From: a virus
DNA: 64,000 nucleotides
IMG/VR virus record: IMGVR_UViG_3300022872_000001
Location: 1-64,000 of that record
Strand: one strand, 5' to 3'
Shown: piece after piece, positions 27,734 through 36,602 of the stretch
Position numbering within the stretch: the first letter of the stretch is position 1
How the letters are laid out: every line of letters begins with the position of its first letter
Program-made: the position numbers and the translations under genes
Notes under the pieces: generated by a model
Seen by the model: only the letters and a program-made list of their open reading frames with translations
What the model was told of the DNA's origin: nothing
Database searches by the model: none

Positions 27734-28111
27734 TCAGTGGGCTCCGGTTAGGGATTGGAGGATATCGGAAAAGCGAGATTGAAACTCTTTCGATTTTGAA
27801 GCAACACGTTTCAATAGGTGTGCCTCTTTCTCAAGATCACGTTTATCACGAGCTTTGAGAACTGATTTTGCATAGCGCATTGCTTGACCTACAGGAACTA
27901 CTTTAACCTCAAGTGCAGGACATTCCATATTGCCTTTGGAGAAGTGACAAGGAACGTATGCTTTCTTTGCACCATCAACTAGATGAGAGCACCTCAAGCA
28001 ATTCATTGAATAGATCGCAAAGGCTTCCTTTGGTTTAGCCTTTAGTTTGAGTTTGGTCATTCCAATATGCATCCATAAATGACAAGTGGAAGGAGAATAT
28101 TCTCCTTCCAC
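27734..28111 (-). CDS. hypothetical protein with CxxC...C...C
   Basis: CLRC..., CHF..., ECP; start uncertain. Confidence 0.55.
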   Translation of the reverse strand: MEGEYSPSTCHLWMHIGMTKLKLKAKPKEAFAIYSMNCLRCSHLVDGAKKAYVPCHFSKGNMECPALEVKVVPVGQAMRYAKSVLKARDKRDLEKEAHLLKRVASKSKEFQSRFSDILQSLTGAH

Positions 28112-28153
28112 TTTTGTTAGTAGACCTTGGTTAAGGTTTACTGGACCGAATGA

Positions 28154-29008
28154 TTAGAACAAGTTGTTGCCATCGTCCTCGTCATCACCATCTTCGTCAT
28201 CCTCATCTTCGTCGTCTTCGTCCTCATCTTCCGATTCCTCATCTTCGTCATCCTCATCTGAATCTTCGTCGTCTTCGTCGTCTTCGTCATCCTCATCTGA
28301 ATCTTCGTCGTCTTCGTCGTCCTCTTCCGATTCGTCGCTGTCTTCGTCGTCTTCATCCGAGTCTTCATCATCCTCGTCGTCATCACCATCCTCGTCCGAA
28401 TCATCTTCCGATTCGTCTGCATCCTCGTCGTCTTCCTCGGCGTTCAGAGGTTCCGAGTCATCGGTGAGCACGGGTGCAGTAATGATACCGACGGCGGAGG
28501 TAAATGCGATGACTGGCGTGCCGTCTTGCAGGATGTAGATGTTCTGACCCTTGATGTTCTTGATTTCAGCCAGAGGACCAAGCAGTTCGGTCGAACGATA
28601 CACGATGGTCTTGCCGACAACAGCTTCGACCTGTGCGCGGGCGATTTCGACACCATCCACAACATACGACTGCGGATTGATCTTGATGTCTTCACCAGTG
28701 ATAGTTTTTGTGGTGGTCAGCGAAACGAAACTTTGTGTTTCAACCGCTGGAGCTACTTTCTTGGACTTCTTACCGCCCTTCTTGGACTTCACTTCTTTTT
28801 CAGCCTTGGCTGCCTTCTTGCTGCCCTTCTTGGACTTCACTTCTTTTTCAGCCTTCTTACTGACCTTGGCTTTCTTTTCCTTCTTCGCTGGCTTTTCAGC
28901 TTTTTTGGTCTTCTTGACCTTGACTTCCTTTTCAGCCTTGGCGCCCTTCTTCAACTTCTTGTCTTTCTTGGCGTCTTTGGCTTTTGCATTCTTTTTGCTA
29001 ACTGGCAT
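28154..29008 (-). CDS. polyampholyte protein: Lys-rich N-terminus, folded core, Asp/Glu tail
   Basis: Start refined to MPVSKK (AAGGA RBS); ~95 aa K-rich, ~70 aa almost purely D/E/S tail. Confidence 0.75.
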   Translation of the reverse strand: MPVSKKNAKAKDAKKDKKLKKGAKAEKEVKVKKTKKAEKPAKKEKKAKVSKKAEKEVKSKKGSKKAAKAEKEVKSKKGGKKSKKVAPAVETQSFVSLTTTKTITGEDIKINPQSYVVDGVEIARAQVEAVVGKTIVYRSTELLGPLAEIKNIKGQNIYILQDGTPVIAFTSAVGIITAPVLTDDSEPLNAEEDDEDADESEDDSDEDGDDDEDDEDSDEDDEDSDESEEDDEDDEDSDEDDEDDEDDEDSDEDDEDEESEDEDEDDEDEDDEDGDDEDDGNNLF

Positions 29009-29095
29009 GTTGTTTCCTTCAATTGAATTAATATTTAACTGCACCATGGTTGTAGATTTTGTGAAAACCTACGAAAACTAATCTGCTTCACTATG

Positions 29096-29128
29096 TATTT
29101 ACTGCAAAGAACCGAAACTTCAAAACTA
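29096..29128 (-). promoter_or_regulatory. bipartite promoter-like motif TAGTTTTGAAGTTT-N9-GCAGTAAATA (copy 1)
   Basis: Same two blocks and spacing as copy 2. Confidence 0.7.
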
Positions 29129-29176
29129 TAGATCGGATACAGAGGTTATTGAATTGTTCTATTGCTGCATATACCT

Positions 29177-29209
29177 TATTTACTGCTGAAAACGAAAACT
29201 TCAAAACTA
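29177..29209 (-). promoter_or_regulatory. bipartite promoter-like motif (copy 2)
   Basis: TAGTTTTGAAGTTT-N9-GCAGTAAATA. Confidence 0.7.
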
Positions 29210-29806
29210 CGATTTTGCACGTATGAGAAAACGCAATCCTTGATGCTGTAAGGAATTATATGCCCAAGGACTGTCCTTACTTTCGTTGGTTAGCCACAGG
29301 CGTAGGCTAGCTCCGTTTTCTATCTCAACACATTTTGATGCATTGAAATTTACCAAAGCTACTTGGTATCCATGATCCAAGGCGAACCACATAAAGTCTA
29401 ACCAAAGCTTCTTACCGTCCTCAGTTTGAATTCTATCTGAAAGAATAGCTGGAAAAGTTTTCAGGAGAATATCAAAAACTACTCCGGCTACAAAGTTTCT
29501 GGGCAAACCTTGCCCTTCGGCTTTCCAAACAGCGGTCTGGGTAACTGTTTTACAACCTAAAAGATTCTTCTGTTTTACCTCATATTTCATGTAGTAGATT
29601 AGAATATCTTCTTCCAACTCCTTTACAAAGAAAGAACCTGAGGAATCTCCTGTTTTGTAAAACGCCATACGTGAAGGCAAAGGAACAGGGGGATCAATCT
29701 GAACGGCCTTTGAGGCAAGCTTGGTTAACAATTGTTTATTCGTTCGACTATTGTTAAGTCCAAAATCAGTTACATCACATAAGCTAGGCATTGCGTAAAT
29801 CTTCAT
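29207..29806 (-). CDS. hypothetical protein (paralog of 26380-26967)
   Basis: VTQTAVWK...ILSDRIQTEDGKKLW; GGAGG RBS. Confidence 0.7.
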   Translation of the reverse strand: MKIYAMPSLCDVTDFGLNNSRTNKQLLTKLASKAVQIDPPVPLPSRMAFYKTGDSSGSFFVKELEEDILIYYMKYEVKQKNLLGCKTVTQTAVWKAEGQGLPRNFVAGVVFDILLKTFPAILSDRIQTEDGKKLWLDFMWFALDHGYQVALVNFNASKCVEIENGASLRLWLTNESKDSPWAYNSLQHQGLRFLIRAKS

Positions 29807-29830
29807 ATACGCCTCCTATGTCCAGGTTAA

Positions 29831-29916
29831 TGGTGCCGGAGACGGGACTCGAACCCGTACGCCCTTACGAGCGGCAGATTTTAAGTCTGCTATGGCTCCC
29901 TTTACATCACTCCGGC
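29831..29916 (-). tRNA. tRNA-Leu(UAA)
   Basis: GCCGGAG acceptor, GCAGA-CTTAAAA-TCTGC anticodon arm, long variable arm, GGTTCGAGTCC, encoded CCA. Confidence 0.92.
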
Positions 29917-29918
29917 GT

Positions 29919-29997
<79 letters not shown>

Positions 29998-30003
29998 TGG
30001 AAC

Positions 30004-30135
30004 TGGTCAGGCGGGAAGGATTCGAACCTTCGAATATGGCTGCCATAAGAGGAAGTCAGCGGTCATGGCGGTATGCTATCCCACGGACATAACTTCCTCA
30101 GTGCCATGCATTATCCACTTATGCTATCCAGCCTG
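30004..30135 (-). ncRNA. tRNA-like gene with ~55-nt insertion in the anticodon arm
   Basis: D-arm GCAT-AAGTGGATA-ATGC, T-arm GAAGG-TTCGAAT-CCTTC, 3' CCTGACCA; 132 nt; internal GAGGAAGT/ACTTCCTC stem. Confidence 0.7.
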
Positions 30136-30143
30136 TGAAACTA

Positions 30144-30923
30144 TTACTCTTCGTCCGCGTCCTTCTTCTTGCCATTGCGTGTCTTCTTCGGAGGCATTTG
30201 AACCTTCTTGAAAGCACCTGGCAGAGAACGGGCAGTCTTACGAATTGCGCGGTAAACTGGATCAGTCTTTTCCAATTCAACGCCCTTGATATTGCCAGTC
30301 TTGCTGCTCTTAACGCCCTGTTGAATCCAGACGAAGCGGACAGCCAAGCTACTATCCGCAGCCTTCTTGGTAACACGGAGTAGAAGCTTGAATCCTGTGT
30401 TAGCTGGCAGACGCTTCGCGGTGCGATGAATCAGCTTGATCTTTGTTTCGCCGTTGACCTTTACCTTCTCGGTTGCTGTGCGTTCCTTGATGTCCTCAGG
30501 GTAACGCTTCTCGATGTTTGCCTTGAACGTTGGACCAGACAAGCGTGCCAGAATACCTTGCAACGTTTCTTGATCGTAGCTGCCCAGGTCAAACTTCTTT
30601 TTGTCAGGTGCTTGTGGATCGTACTTGCCTTGGAAGCGGGTTCCTTTGATGGCTGAGGAGAACAAACCGTCCTTGTCCGTACGCACATCGATTGCCAGGA
30701 AGAATGGTTTGAAGTCCTCAGGAGCAGTCCAGGTTGGAACGCCTTTCTTCTTACCCTTTGCCTTTGGCGCTTTGCCTGACTTCTTTGCCAAGCGTGCAGC
30801 TTCCAGCGGTGACAGCTTCTTACCTGTCTTACCTTCTTTGACAGCCTTCTTAGCCTTCTTTACTACTGTCTCCACGTCCTGCTTGGAAACTTTCTTGTCC
30901 TTCTTCGATTTCTTGGTAGCCAT
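30144..30923 (-). CDS. basic protein with Lys-rich N-terminus
   Basis: 259 aa, MATKKSKK..., AAGGAG RBS, YAGTAAATA at 31035-31044. Confidence 0.75.
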   Translation of the reverse strand: MATKKSKKDKKVSKQDVETVVKKAKKAVKEGKTGKKLSPLEAARLAKKSGKAPKAKGKKKGVPTWTAPEDFKPFFLAIDVRTDKDGLFSSAIKGTRFQGKYDPQAPDKKKFDLGSYDQETLQGILARLSGPTFKANIEKRYPEDIKERTATEKVKVNGETKIKLIHRTAKRLPANTGFKLLLRVTKKAADSSLAVRFVWIQQGVKSSKTGNIKGVELEKTDPVYRAIRKTARSLPGAFKKVQMPPKKTRNGKKKDADEE

Positions 30924-31596
30924 AGTATTTCTCCTTGAGATAGGTTAATTCATTGAATAAAGTTTGGATCAAAACCTTCTGAAACTTGCGCATTGCTACT
31001 TCCGCATCCGCTTTCTTTCCCGTTGTATGTAGCCTATTTACTGCAAACATGGGATTATTCTTAAACTTCGCCAAATTCATATGCGGACGCTGTTGTTCCT
31101 GTAAGGCGTACGCGAATCCTTTGGACTGCTGCCAGAATAAATCCTGGGAATACTGTAGGGAAATGAATAGTTCCTGTAGGAATATCAAGTCCCTTCCTAC
31201 GTAGGCATCTCTTACGGATTTGAAAATATCAGGATCACCACCTTTATCTGGATGAGTGAGCATAGCAAGTTTGCGGTATGCAGATTTAAGTAATACTGAT
31301 TCCGCATTGTATAACTGTTCATTCTCCGAAGCGAGGTAGAGGTTATTCGTTGCAGCATCCTGCTCGTACGTTGTAACCGTACCTCGTGTCATTAAACGAA
31401 TTTCGTTCCTCAAACGCTTTGTTTTTTCAGATAGTGATTCATCCTTATATAAATTGCACACCTTGATTGTAGAATCAATCAGACTCTTGACGCGCTCCCT
31501 TTCCTTACGAATTTTCTTCCATTGGATATTCAATTCATAAAGGCGGGCTAGATCGATTATGCATTGATCATTGCGTACTAGGGGGTAATCAGCCAT
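30850..31596 (-). CDS. J-domain (DnaJ-like) protein
   Basis: LKSAYRKLAMLTHPDKGGDPDIFKSVRDAY with HPD motif. Confidence 0.85.
   Translation of the reverse strand: MADYPLVRNDQCIIDLARLYELNIQWKKIRKERERVKSLIDSTIKVCNLYKDESLSEKTKRLRNEIRLMTRGTVTTYEQDAATNNLYLASENEQLYNAESVLLKSAYRKLAMLTHPDKGGDPDIFKSVRDAYVGRDLIFLQELFISLQYSQDLFWQQSKGFAYALQEQQRPHMNLAKFKNNPMFAVNRLHTTGKKADAEVAMRKFQKVLIQTLFNELTYLKEKYYGYQEIEEGQESFQAGRGDSSKEG
31035..31044 (-). promoter_or_regulatory. YAGTAAATA motif (intragenic)
   Basis: GCAGTAAATA ~110 nt upstream of the 30923 start. Confidence 0.55.
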
Positions 31597-31936
31597 TGCA
31601 CGGTTCCACATTGCATGCCGTTTGCGTTGGTAAAACCTCCAGTATGCGTAGGTGTGTGTGGAAAGGATTCGGCAATGTTTTAAAGAAAATCAACATTCCT
31701 AAGCCTTTGATAGGCTTCATTACCCAGTCATCCTTAACCTCATCAAAGGTAATGCGTGCACAGGGAGCACCTGACGTAACCGAATCATTACTGATTAAAT
31801 CAATCTGCAATTCAACCAATGTGCCTATCGCGGGTACCAGGAGTTTCTTAAACTGCGGAACCTTAATTGCAGGTTCCTTCTTAACTTTCGGTTTAGGTTT
31901 AACCTGGTGCCCGGTTAAAGGAGTGTAATTGCTCAT
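31589..31936 (-). CDS. hypothetical protein
   Basis: Start refined to MSNYTP (GAGG RBS). Confidence 0.6.
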   Translation of the reverse strand: MSNYTPLTGHQVKPKPKVKKEPAIKVPQFKKLLVPAIGTLVELQIDLISNDSVTSGAPCARITFDEVKDDWVMKPIKGLGMLIFFKTLPNPFHTHLRILEVLPTQTACNVEPCNG

Positions 31937-31943
31937 ACCAACC

Positions 31944-32345
31944 TCAAAATGTTTTGTGGCTATCATTGTCCTCCTCTTCATCCACCAGGAGTTCAATGGT
32001 TTCATCATCAAGATCCATATCCGAAGGATTCTCCGCGTTAAGAATTGCCGCATCCAATTCCGTATCCGAATCTACAAGTATCTCTGGAAGTTCCAGGATA
32101 AGTTGCTGGAGTACGGACAACCGACCTTCCAAGGTATTATCGAAAGGTGCAGTCCACGATATGTCGCAATCCTCCAATGAGGAATAAACCATCAGAGTGG
32201 GTTGATCCTCGTCCTCATCGGAATCGAATTCTTCGTCAGCCTCCTCAGATGCGGTGAATTCCCACACCAGATTTAATGCATATTTGGCAATTAAAGCTGC
32301 CAGTACCTCGCTTACAGGAAGCGGCAATTCATTTGTATTAGACAT
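31944..32345 (-). CDS. acidic hypothetical protein
   Basis: Start refined to MSNTNELP, directly after the motif at 32372-32381. Confidence 0.65.
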   Translation of the reverse strand: MSNTNELPLPVSEVLAALIAKYALNLVWEFTASEEADEEFDSDEDEDQPTLMVYSSLEDCDISWTAPFDNTLEGRLSVLQQLILELPEILVDSDTELDAAILNAENPSDMDLDDETIELLVDEEEDNDSHKTF

Positions 32346-32371
32346 GGTAGTCTTTCGTCGTTTGTACCGTA

Positions 32372-32381
32372 TATTTACTGC
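32372..32381 (-). promoter_or_regulatory. YAGTAAATA motif
   Basis: GCAGTAAATA 27 nt upstream of ATG 32345. Confidence 0.6.
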
Positions 32382-32415
32382 AAAGAGGAACAAAATTGAA
32401 ATTTGCGGATGTGAA

Positions 32416-33474
32416 TCACACCAGATCGTCTTCCTCGTCCCACTCGTCAACGCCTAAGCGGCTAGTAGGTGTAGAGGGTGCAGCTGGAACCAGAACTGTG
32501 TCACCATCTACCTGGGAGAAGTTAAACTCCTGGTAATTAATCTCCTTATCCTCGTCCTGCGTCTCTGTATCTATAAAGGATATAGTGGTTGAACGGATGA
32601 ACATCAAATACTCCAAACTATTCGTATTGACGTCCATGGTGACGCGGGATTTAGTTGTACCTGGAAGTGGATTAATCTTAATACCCTTAGGGGTACGGTA
32701 ATTCATTTCAGTAAGGAAATCATACGTCCCTACAGGTTGGAGCATCAACGCTGCCAGCAGTGCTTTATCAGAGGATGATGAAAATCCAGGGTAGATGCCC
32801 TTCGTGTTAGAGTTCTCATCTTTATATACAGATCGACCCTCTATATCATACATGGGCTGGCTGACTGCATTAATGCATCCGGCTAGGAATACTCTAGGCG
32901 TAGTCATTTGAGTGCTTTGAATAAAAGACAAATGACTAGGAAGAAAGCTACTCGGATATTGATTAATCTTTTTTACAAAAATTTCAAATTCCTCGGAAGT
33001 ACCTAGCTGCCTATCTTCCTTACCGTGTCCTGTAAGAAACCACAATTCTGTATTAAGCTCCCGAGCGAGCTTTTCCTTATCAGTAGAGAACTTGTAGCTA
33101 GGGGTGATGATTTCATCTGAAGGATCCATTCTGTACCGTTTACTAACTTTTTTAGGAGCCTCATCTGCGGAAAAAGGTAATTTATAATCGGAAGCACGAC
33201 TAGCTAAGGTGCGTAAACTCCTATTTTGGGCCAGATGATAATAAACGACATAGGGGAGCATGCGAGCACGCAAGGCTGCGAATTCAGCCTCATCAATAAT
33301 TAAAGCGCTTTCAATAGTCCAGATGAGGTCGTTTAAACCTCCCACCAAAGCAATAACATGCAATGGAATTTTCTGAGATTTAACCAGAGATTTTGTACCG
33401 AAGAAACGAACCATACGACCAAAACCAGGAATGCAAGCGCTGCATTGTTTCAATACTTCGAGAGTTGTGTACAT
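32416..33474 (-). CDS. hypothetical protein
   Basis: 352 aa; N-terminus TTL....SAC..G.......G......PL......GL.DL.W. Confidence 0.7.
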   Translation of the reverse strand: MYTTLEVLKQCSACIPGFGRMVRFFGTKSLVKSQKIPLHVIALVGGLNDLIWTIESALIIDEAEFAALRARMLPYVVYYHLAQNRSLRTLASRASDYKLPFSADEAPKKVSKRYRMDPSDEIITPSYKFSTDKEKLARELNTELWFLTGHGKEDRQLGTSEEFEIFVKKINQYPSSFLPSHLSFIQSTQMTTPRVFLAGCINAVSQPMYDIEGRSVYKDENSNTKGIYPGFSSSSDKALLAALMLQPVGTYDFLTEMNYRTPKGIKINPLPGTTKSRVTMDVNTNSLEYLMFIRSTTISFIDTETQDEDKEINYQEFNFSQVDGDTVLVPAAPSTPTSRLGVDEWDEEDDLV

Positions 33475-33507
33475 GAGTTTTCCTTTTCGTTAGGGAAATG
33501 TGAGAAA

Positions 33508-33531
33508 CAGGCAGCCGTCATTAGCTGCCTG
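33508..33531 (-). terminator. putative terminator
   Basis: CAGGCAGC/GCTGCCTG stem, TTT tail. Confidence 0.5.
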
Positions 33532-33540
33532 AGGTAAAGC

Positions 33541-33756
33541 TTAAACAACTGTGCGGTTAAATGTTCGGACGATTGAACTCAGAACCTTGAGGCGATCTGT
33601 TTCCGGCATCTTTTGAATCAGACCAATTACGTAGTCTGTTTGATCATCAAACGATGTTTTATCCGGATAAAGAAGGGTAATAGGTACATTTACCATAGCC
33701 GGTTCCGTTACAGAGTGCGGAGCGGAAGTAATGGGGTTCCAATCTAATGAGGTCAT
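33541..33756 (-). CDS. hypothetical protein
   Basis: 71 aa, AAGGA RBS. Confidence 0.6.
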   Translation of the reverse strand: MTSLDWNPITSAPHSVTEPAMVNVPITLLYPDKTSFDDQTDYVIGLIQKMPETDRLKVLSSIVRTFNRTVV

Positions 33757-33785
33757 TTATTTCCTTTTAGGAATAGCGCAATAAT

Positions 33786-34403
33786 TTACAGAACGATGAC
33801 GAAAGCCTGCTTGCCCTTAGGCACTTCGATATCAAGCGTCGTAGCCTGCACCTTGAGAATAGGAACCAAAGTTGTCACCATCTTGTTACTGGTGAAGGTG
33901 CGCAGCGCTTCTTCGACTTGAGCACGGGTACGCAGCTTTGCTATGTACTCACCCACAAGATCAGCGTTCAAGGCTGAAACTGCAGGAGTTGCTGGCTTTT
34001 GTGGTTTGGACGTGGTAGCGCTGATCTTGTTTGGCGCGGTACTTGACGTAACGGAAGTGGAAGCAACACCAAGAGGATTACCAAAAATACTCACGCCATG
34101 ATATACTCCTTGACCGATCAGCGCGTACAACAAAGCTTCGGCTTCGGCTTTGTTGCAGATCAAGTCCGAATCATCGAAAACGTCAGGGTTGATACCGTAG
34201 GCTTCTACAGTAGCGTGGACATCACTGTTGCCTAACAGCCATTGATAATCATCAATGCTATTACTGATGAACACAACTTCCGCAGGGAACAGTGCGTCTT
34301 CAGGCCATTCTGCGCCATAGGTTTTCTTCAGGTAATTGAAAACTTTCGTGACGCGGTTTTGCAGAGCTGAGGATGCGCGCAACAGGGCGATAGATGTAAA
34401 CAT
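33786..34403 (-). CDS. hypothetical protein
   Basis: Start refined to MFTSIALL (AAGGA RBS). Confidence 0.65.
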   Translation of the reverse strand: MFTSIALLRASSALQNRVTKVFNYLKKTYGAEWPEDALFPAEVVFISNSIDDYQWLLGNSDVHATVEAYGINPDVFDDSDLICNKAEAEALLYALIGQGVYHGVSIFGNPLGVASTSVTSSTAPNKISATTSKPQKPATPAVSALNADLVGEYIAKLRTRAQVEEALRTFTSNKMVTTLVPILKVQATTLDIEVPKGKQAFVIVL

Positions 34404-34499
34404 GGTATTTCCTTTAATGGTTAATGTTACGTTGGTATTTACTACGTGAAACACAAATGCAGAAAATGAAAGGCTGCTGTGTAAGCCAGCCTGTCTGTA

Positions 34500-35033
34500 T
34501 TACTTGATTGCACCCAAACGCTTGCGGATATCTGCAAGAGTTTCAAAACGTTGCATTCTGGAATTAATAAACATCAATTCCAATTCACCCTCTTCTTCTT
34601 GATCCCAGGTTTGCTGGTCATACAGAACGTATGAATCATTTTCGATTTCCACGCGAAGCAAACCCTTTGCCGATTTCTTGGTGCCGTTATCAGTGATTGG
34701 GTCCTTAACCAATTCACGCGCTTCACCATAGACCTCGCCATATGTCGCTTTGATAGCAGCACCGTAGGTATCGCGTGTGATGTATTGATACGTAAACGAA
34801 CCAACACCAAAGACGATATTGTCGGCAGCAAAACCCTTACGATGTAATTCTTCCAGAATTGTGTTTTCCAATTCCAAGGTAATTGCATCGCCGTAGATCA
34901 AACCGACGTGTGAATCCAATGTACGGAAGCCTTGGGAATTCGTAGTACCTCCGAAGATTTCCCACAGACACTCGACCGCGCCCATGTATTCAGGGCTACC
35001 TACAGGAGCCAATGGATTACCGCAGATAATTTT
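34500..35033 (-). pseudogene. nadV: C-terminal fragment of nicotinamide phosphoribosyltransferase
   Basis: KIICG...GAVECLWEIFGG, HVGLIYGDAITL, VFGVGSFTYQY.TRDT...KAT, KDP.TD.G.KKSAKG; the N-terminal majority is absent and the nearest RBS-ATG is out of frame. Confidence 0.8.
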
Positions 35034-35046
35034 GCCATGATAATCC

Positions 35047-35505
35047 TTAGGCGAGTTTGAGGTTAGTGCCGTACTTCGAAGCCAACTTTTGCAGACCCGT
35101 GATACCACGTTCGGTCAACGTCGGCTGTTGCGGATGCAGACTGTCAGAGAGTTGACGGGAGAACGTGTAACCCTTATCCGGCGTGAATGCTGTTATTCGT
35201 AAGTGCTCATCGAGCAGAAGAGGAACCAACTTCTTGATCTCTTCCTCTACCTCACGTTCCAGCATCTTCTCGAAACGACGCAGAACCGAAACTGCAAAAC
35301 TGAATTTTTGAATCGCGTTATGCACCTTAGTTGGGTGCAAACGATACCAACCTCGACCACGATATACCAAGACAACATGATCAGGGAATTCAATCTGACC
35401 TGTTGCGTGCATGTATTCCTTCAAACGCATGTATTCAGTTTCGTTCATACGAACTGAAGCATGGATTGTGTCGTTGTTGGTTACATTATGAATTGCGATC
35501 TTCAT
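35047..35505 (-). CDS. hypothetical protein
   Basis: 152 aa, AAGGAG RBS. Confidence 0.65.
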   Translation of the reverse strand: MKIAIHNVTNNDTIHASVRMNETEYMRLKEYMHATGQIEFPDHVVLVYRGRGWYRLHPTKVHNAIQKFSFAVSVLRRFEKMLEREVEEEIKKLVPLLLDEHLRITAFTPDKGYTFSRQLSDSLHPQQPTLTERGITGLQKLASKYGTNLKLA

Positions 35506-35547
35506 TTTGAATAACTCCTTAAAAGGTATAGTTACAATTCTTTAGTC

Positions 35548-35896
35548 TTAACATTCCATCAATAGCTTAATCAGAGTTTCTGCTTCCCAGATAAAATGAT
35601 CTGTTGCTGATGCATCAGCCCTTGCTGACCGTGCTACTGACCATACTATGGATTCGGATTCTGCTGATGGGAATACTGTTGCTGTTGCTGACCTTGCTGA
35701 CCAGCATGTGGAATGCTGATGTAGATCCTACTGCGGCTGCTACTGCTAACCATGCTGCTGCCTCTCTTTCAGCTTCAGTAGCTGTTCCATCAATCTTATG
35801 TTGACAATAGTCTATTACTTGTTTGATGGCAGCCTTACATTGGATAGTGTAAGGTTCATTATCCTTAAGTGACTTTAGGGACTTTGTATGCCTAAG
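35548..35896 (-). pseudogene. 5'-truncated, frameshifted copy of the 3' half of gene 17992-18585
   Basis: 35777-35896 identical to 18130-18249; shared 3' end encoding DHFIWEAETLIKLLMEC*; different repeat block with a frameshift near 35703-35716. Confidence 0.85.
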
Positions 35897-35954
35897 TTAA
35901 GTCCTAAAGGTGGGATTGAAGGTAATTACCTGATATGCAACAACTTTAAATCGG

Positions 35955-36278
35955 CTATTCTTCCTGAGATTCTGAATCGTCTGGTTTAGAATTTGCTAAC
36001 ACCCCTTCGGGAGAACCGAAATAATTGATTTGCAGAGTTTGCAAATTCCCAATAAGCCGATCTATATCCTCGGCAGTCTTGAATGCAAGAAGCACGCAAG
36101 GAGTGGTCTCAGTTGAAGGATCAAGGGAATCCCCGGGAGCGTGACCTGCCACAATATGGTCTATAGTGAGAAAAGCATAATCGAATTCCGTAGCAGAGAC
36201 GGGCAAACCCACGGTGAGAAGACCGCGACCAAATACGGCGATAGCTGGATAGTCTTGAGCGGATAGGATTTTCTTCAT
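35955..36278 (-). CDS. hypothetical protein
   Basis: 107 aa, AGGAG RBS. Confidence 0.65.
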   Translation of the reverse strand: MKKILSAQDYPAIAVFGRGLLTVGLPVSATEFDYAFLTIDHIVAGHAPGDSLDPSTETTPCVLLAFKTAEDIDRLIGNLQTLQINYFGSPEGVLANSKPDDSESQEE

Positions 36279-36376
36279 TAGTAACTCCTAAAAGGATTTG
36301 CACTACGGGGATTGTTAAACGCGTCATTACGTTTTGCTTGTCGATTCCTTTTCATAGGGAATCCGGAGGGGTACTA

Positions 36377-36394
36377 CACGCCTTAATTATAACA
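36377..36394 (-). promoter_or_regulatory. extended -10 promoter
   Basis: CGCGTTTTTTATGTTATAATTAAGGCGT. Confidence 0.7.
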
Positions 36395-36416
36395 TAAAAA
36401 ACGCGCAATTTTGTCA

Positions 36417-36602
36417 TTATTTACGACGTTTTGCGTCAAAAATTGACGTTATTTGCTGCTGGATTTCAAGGTCCGAATGCTTGGACATGTATTCATCCTC
36501 ATTCTGTTCATTATTTACTACGATTCGCGTAAAAACGAACATTACCAAAACGAATGCACACAATAGAAGGAATGTAAAAATTCCGAATTCCATATCGCTC
36601 AT
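36417..36602 (-). CDS. small membrane protein
   Basis: One TM helix; 61 aa; ATGA overlap. Confidence 0.55.
   Translation of the reverse strand: MSDMEFGIFTFLLLCAFVLVMFVFTRIVVNNEQNEDEYMSKHSDLEIQQQITSIFDAKRRK

Noticed and set aside
28138-29081. Several alternative-frame ORFs (poly-Ser, poly-His/Arg, Met/Thr-rich)
   Set aside because: Artefacts of the GAC/GAA and AAG codon repeats in the real gene
34500-35108. Treating the 202-aa ORF as an intact gene
   Set aside because: Its first ~25 codons overlap the upstream gene, lack an RBS and show no NAMPT similarity; most of the enzyme is missing
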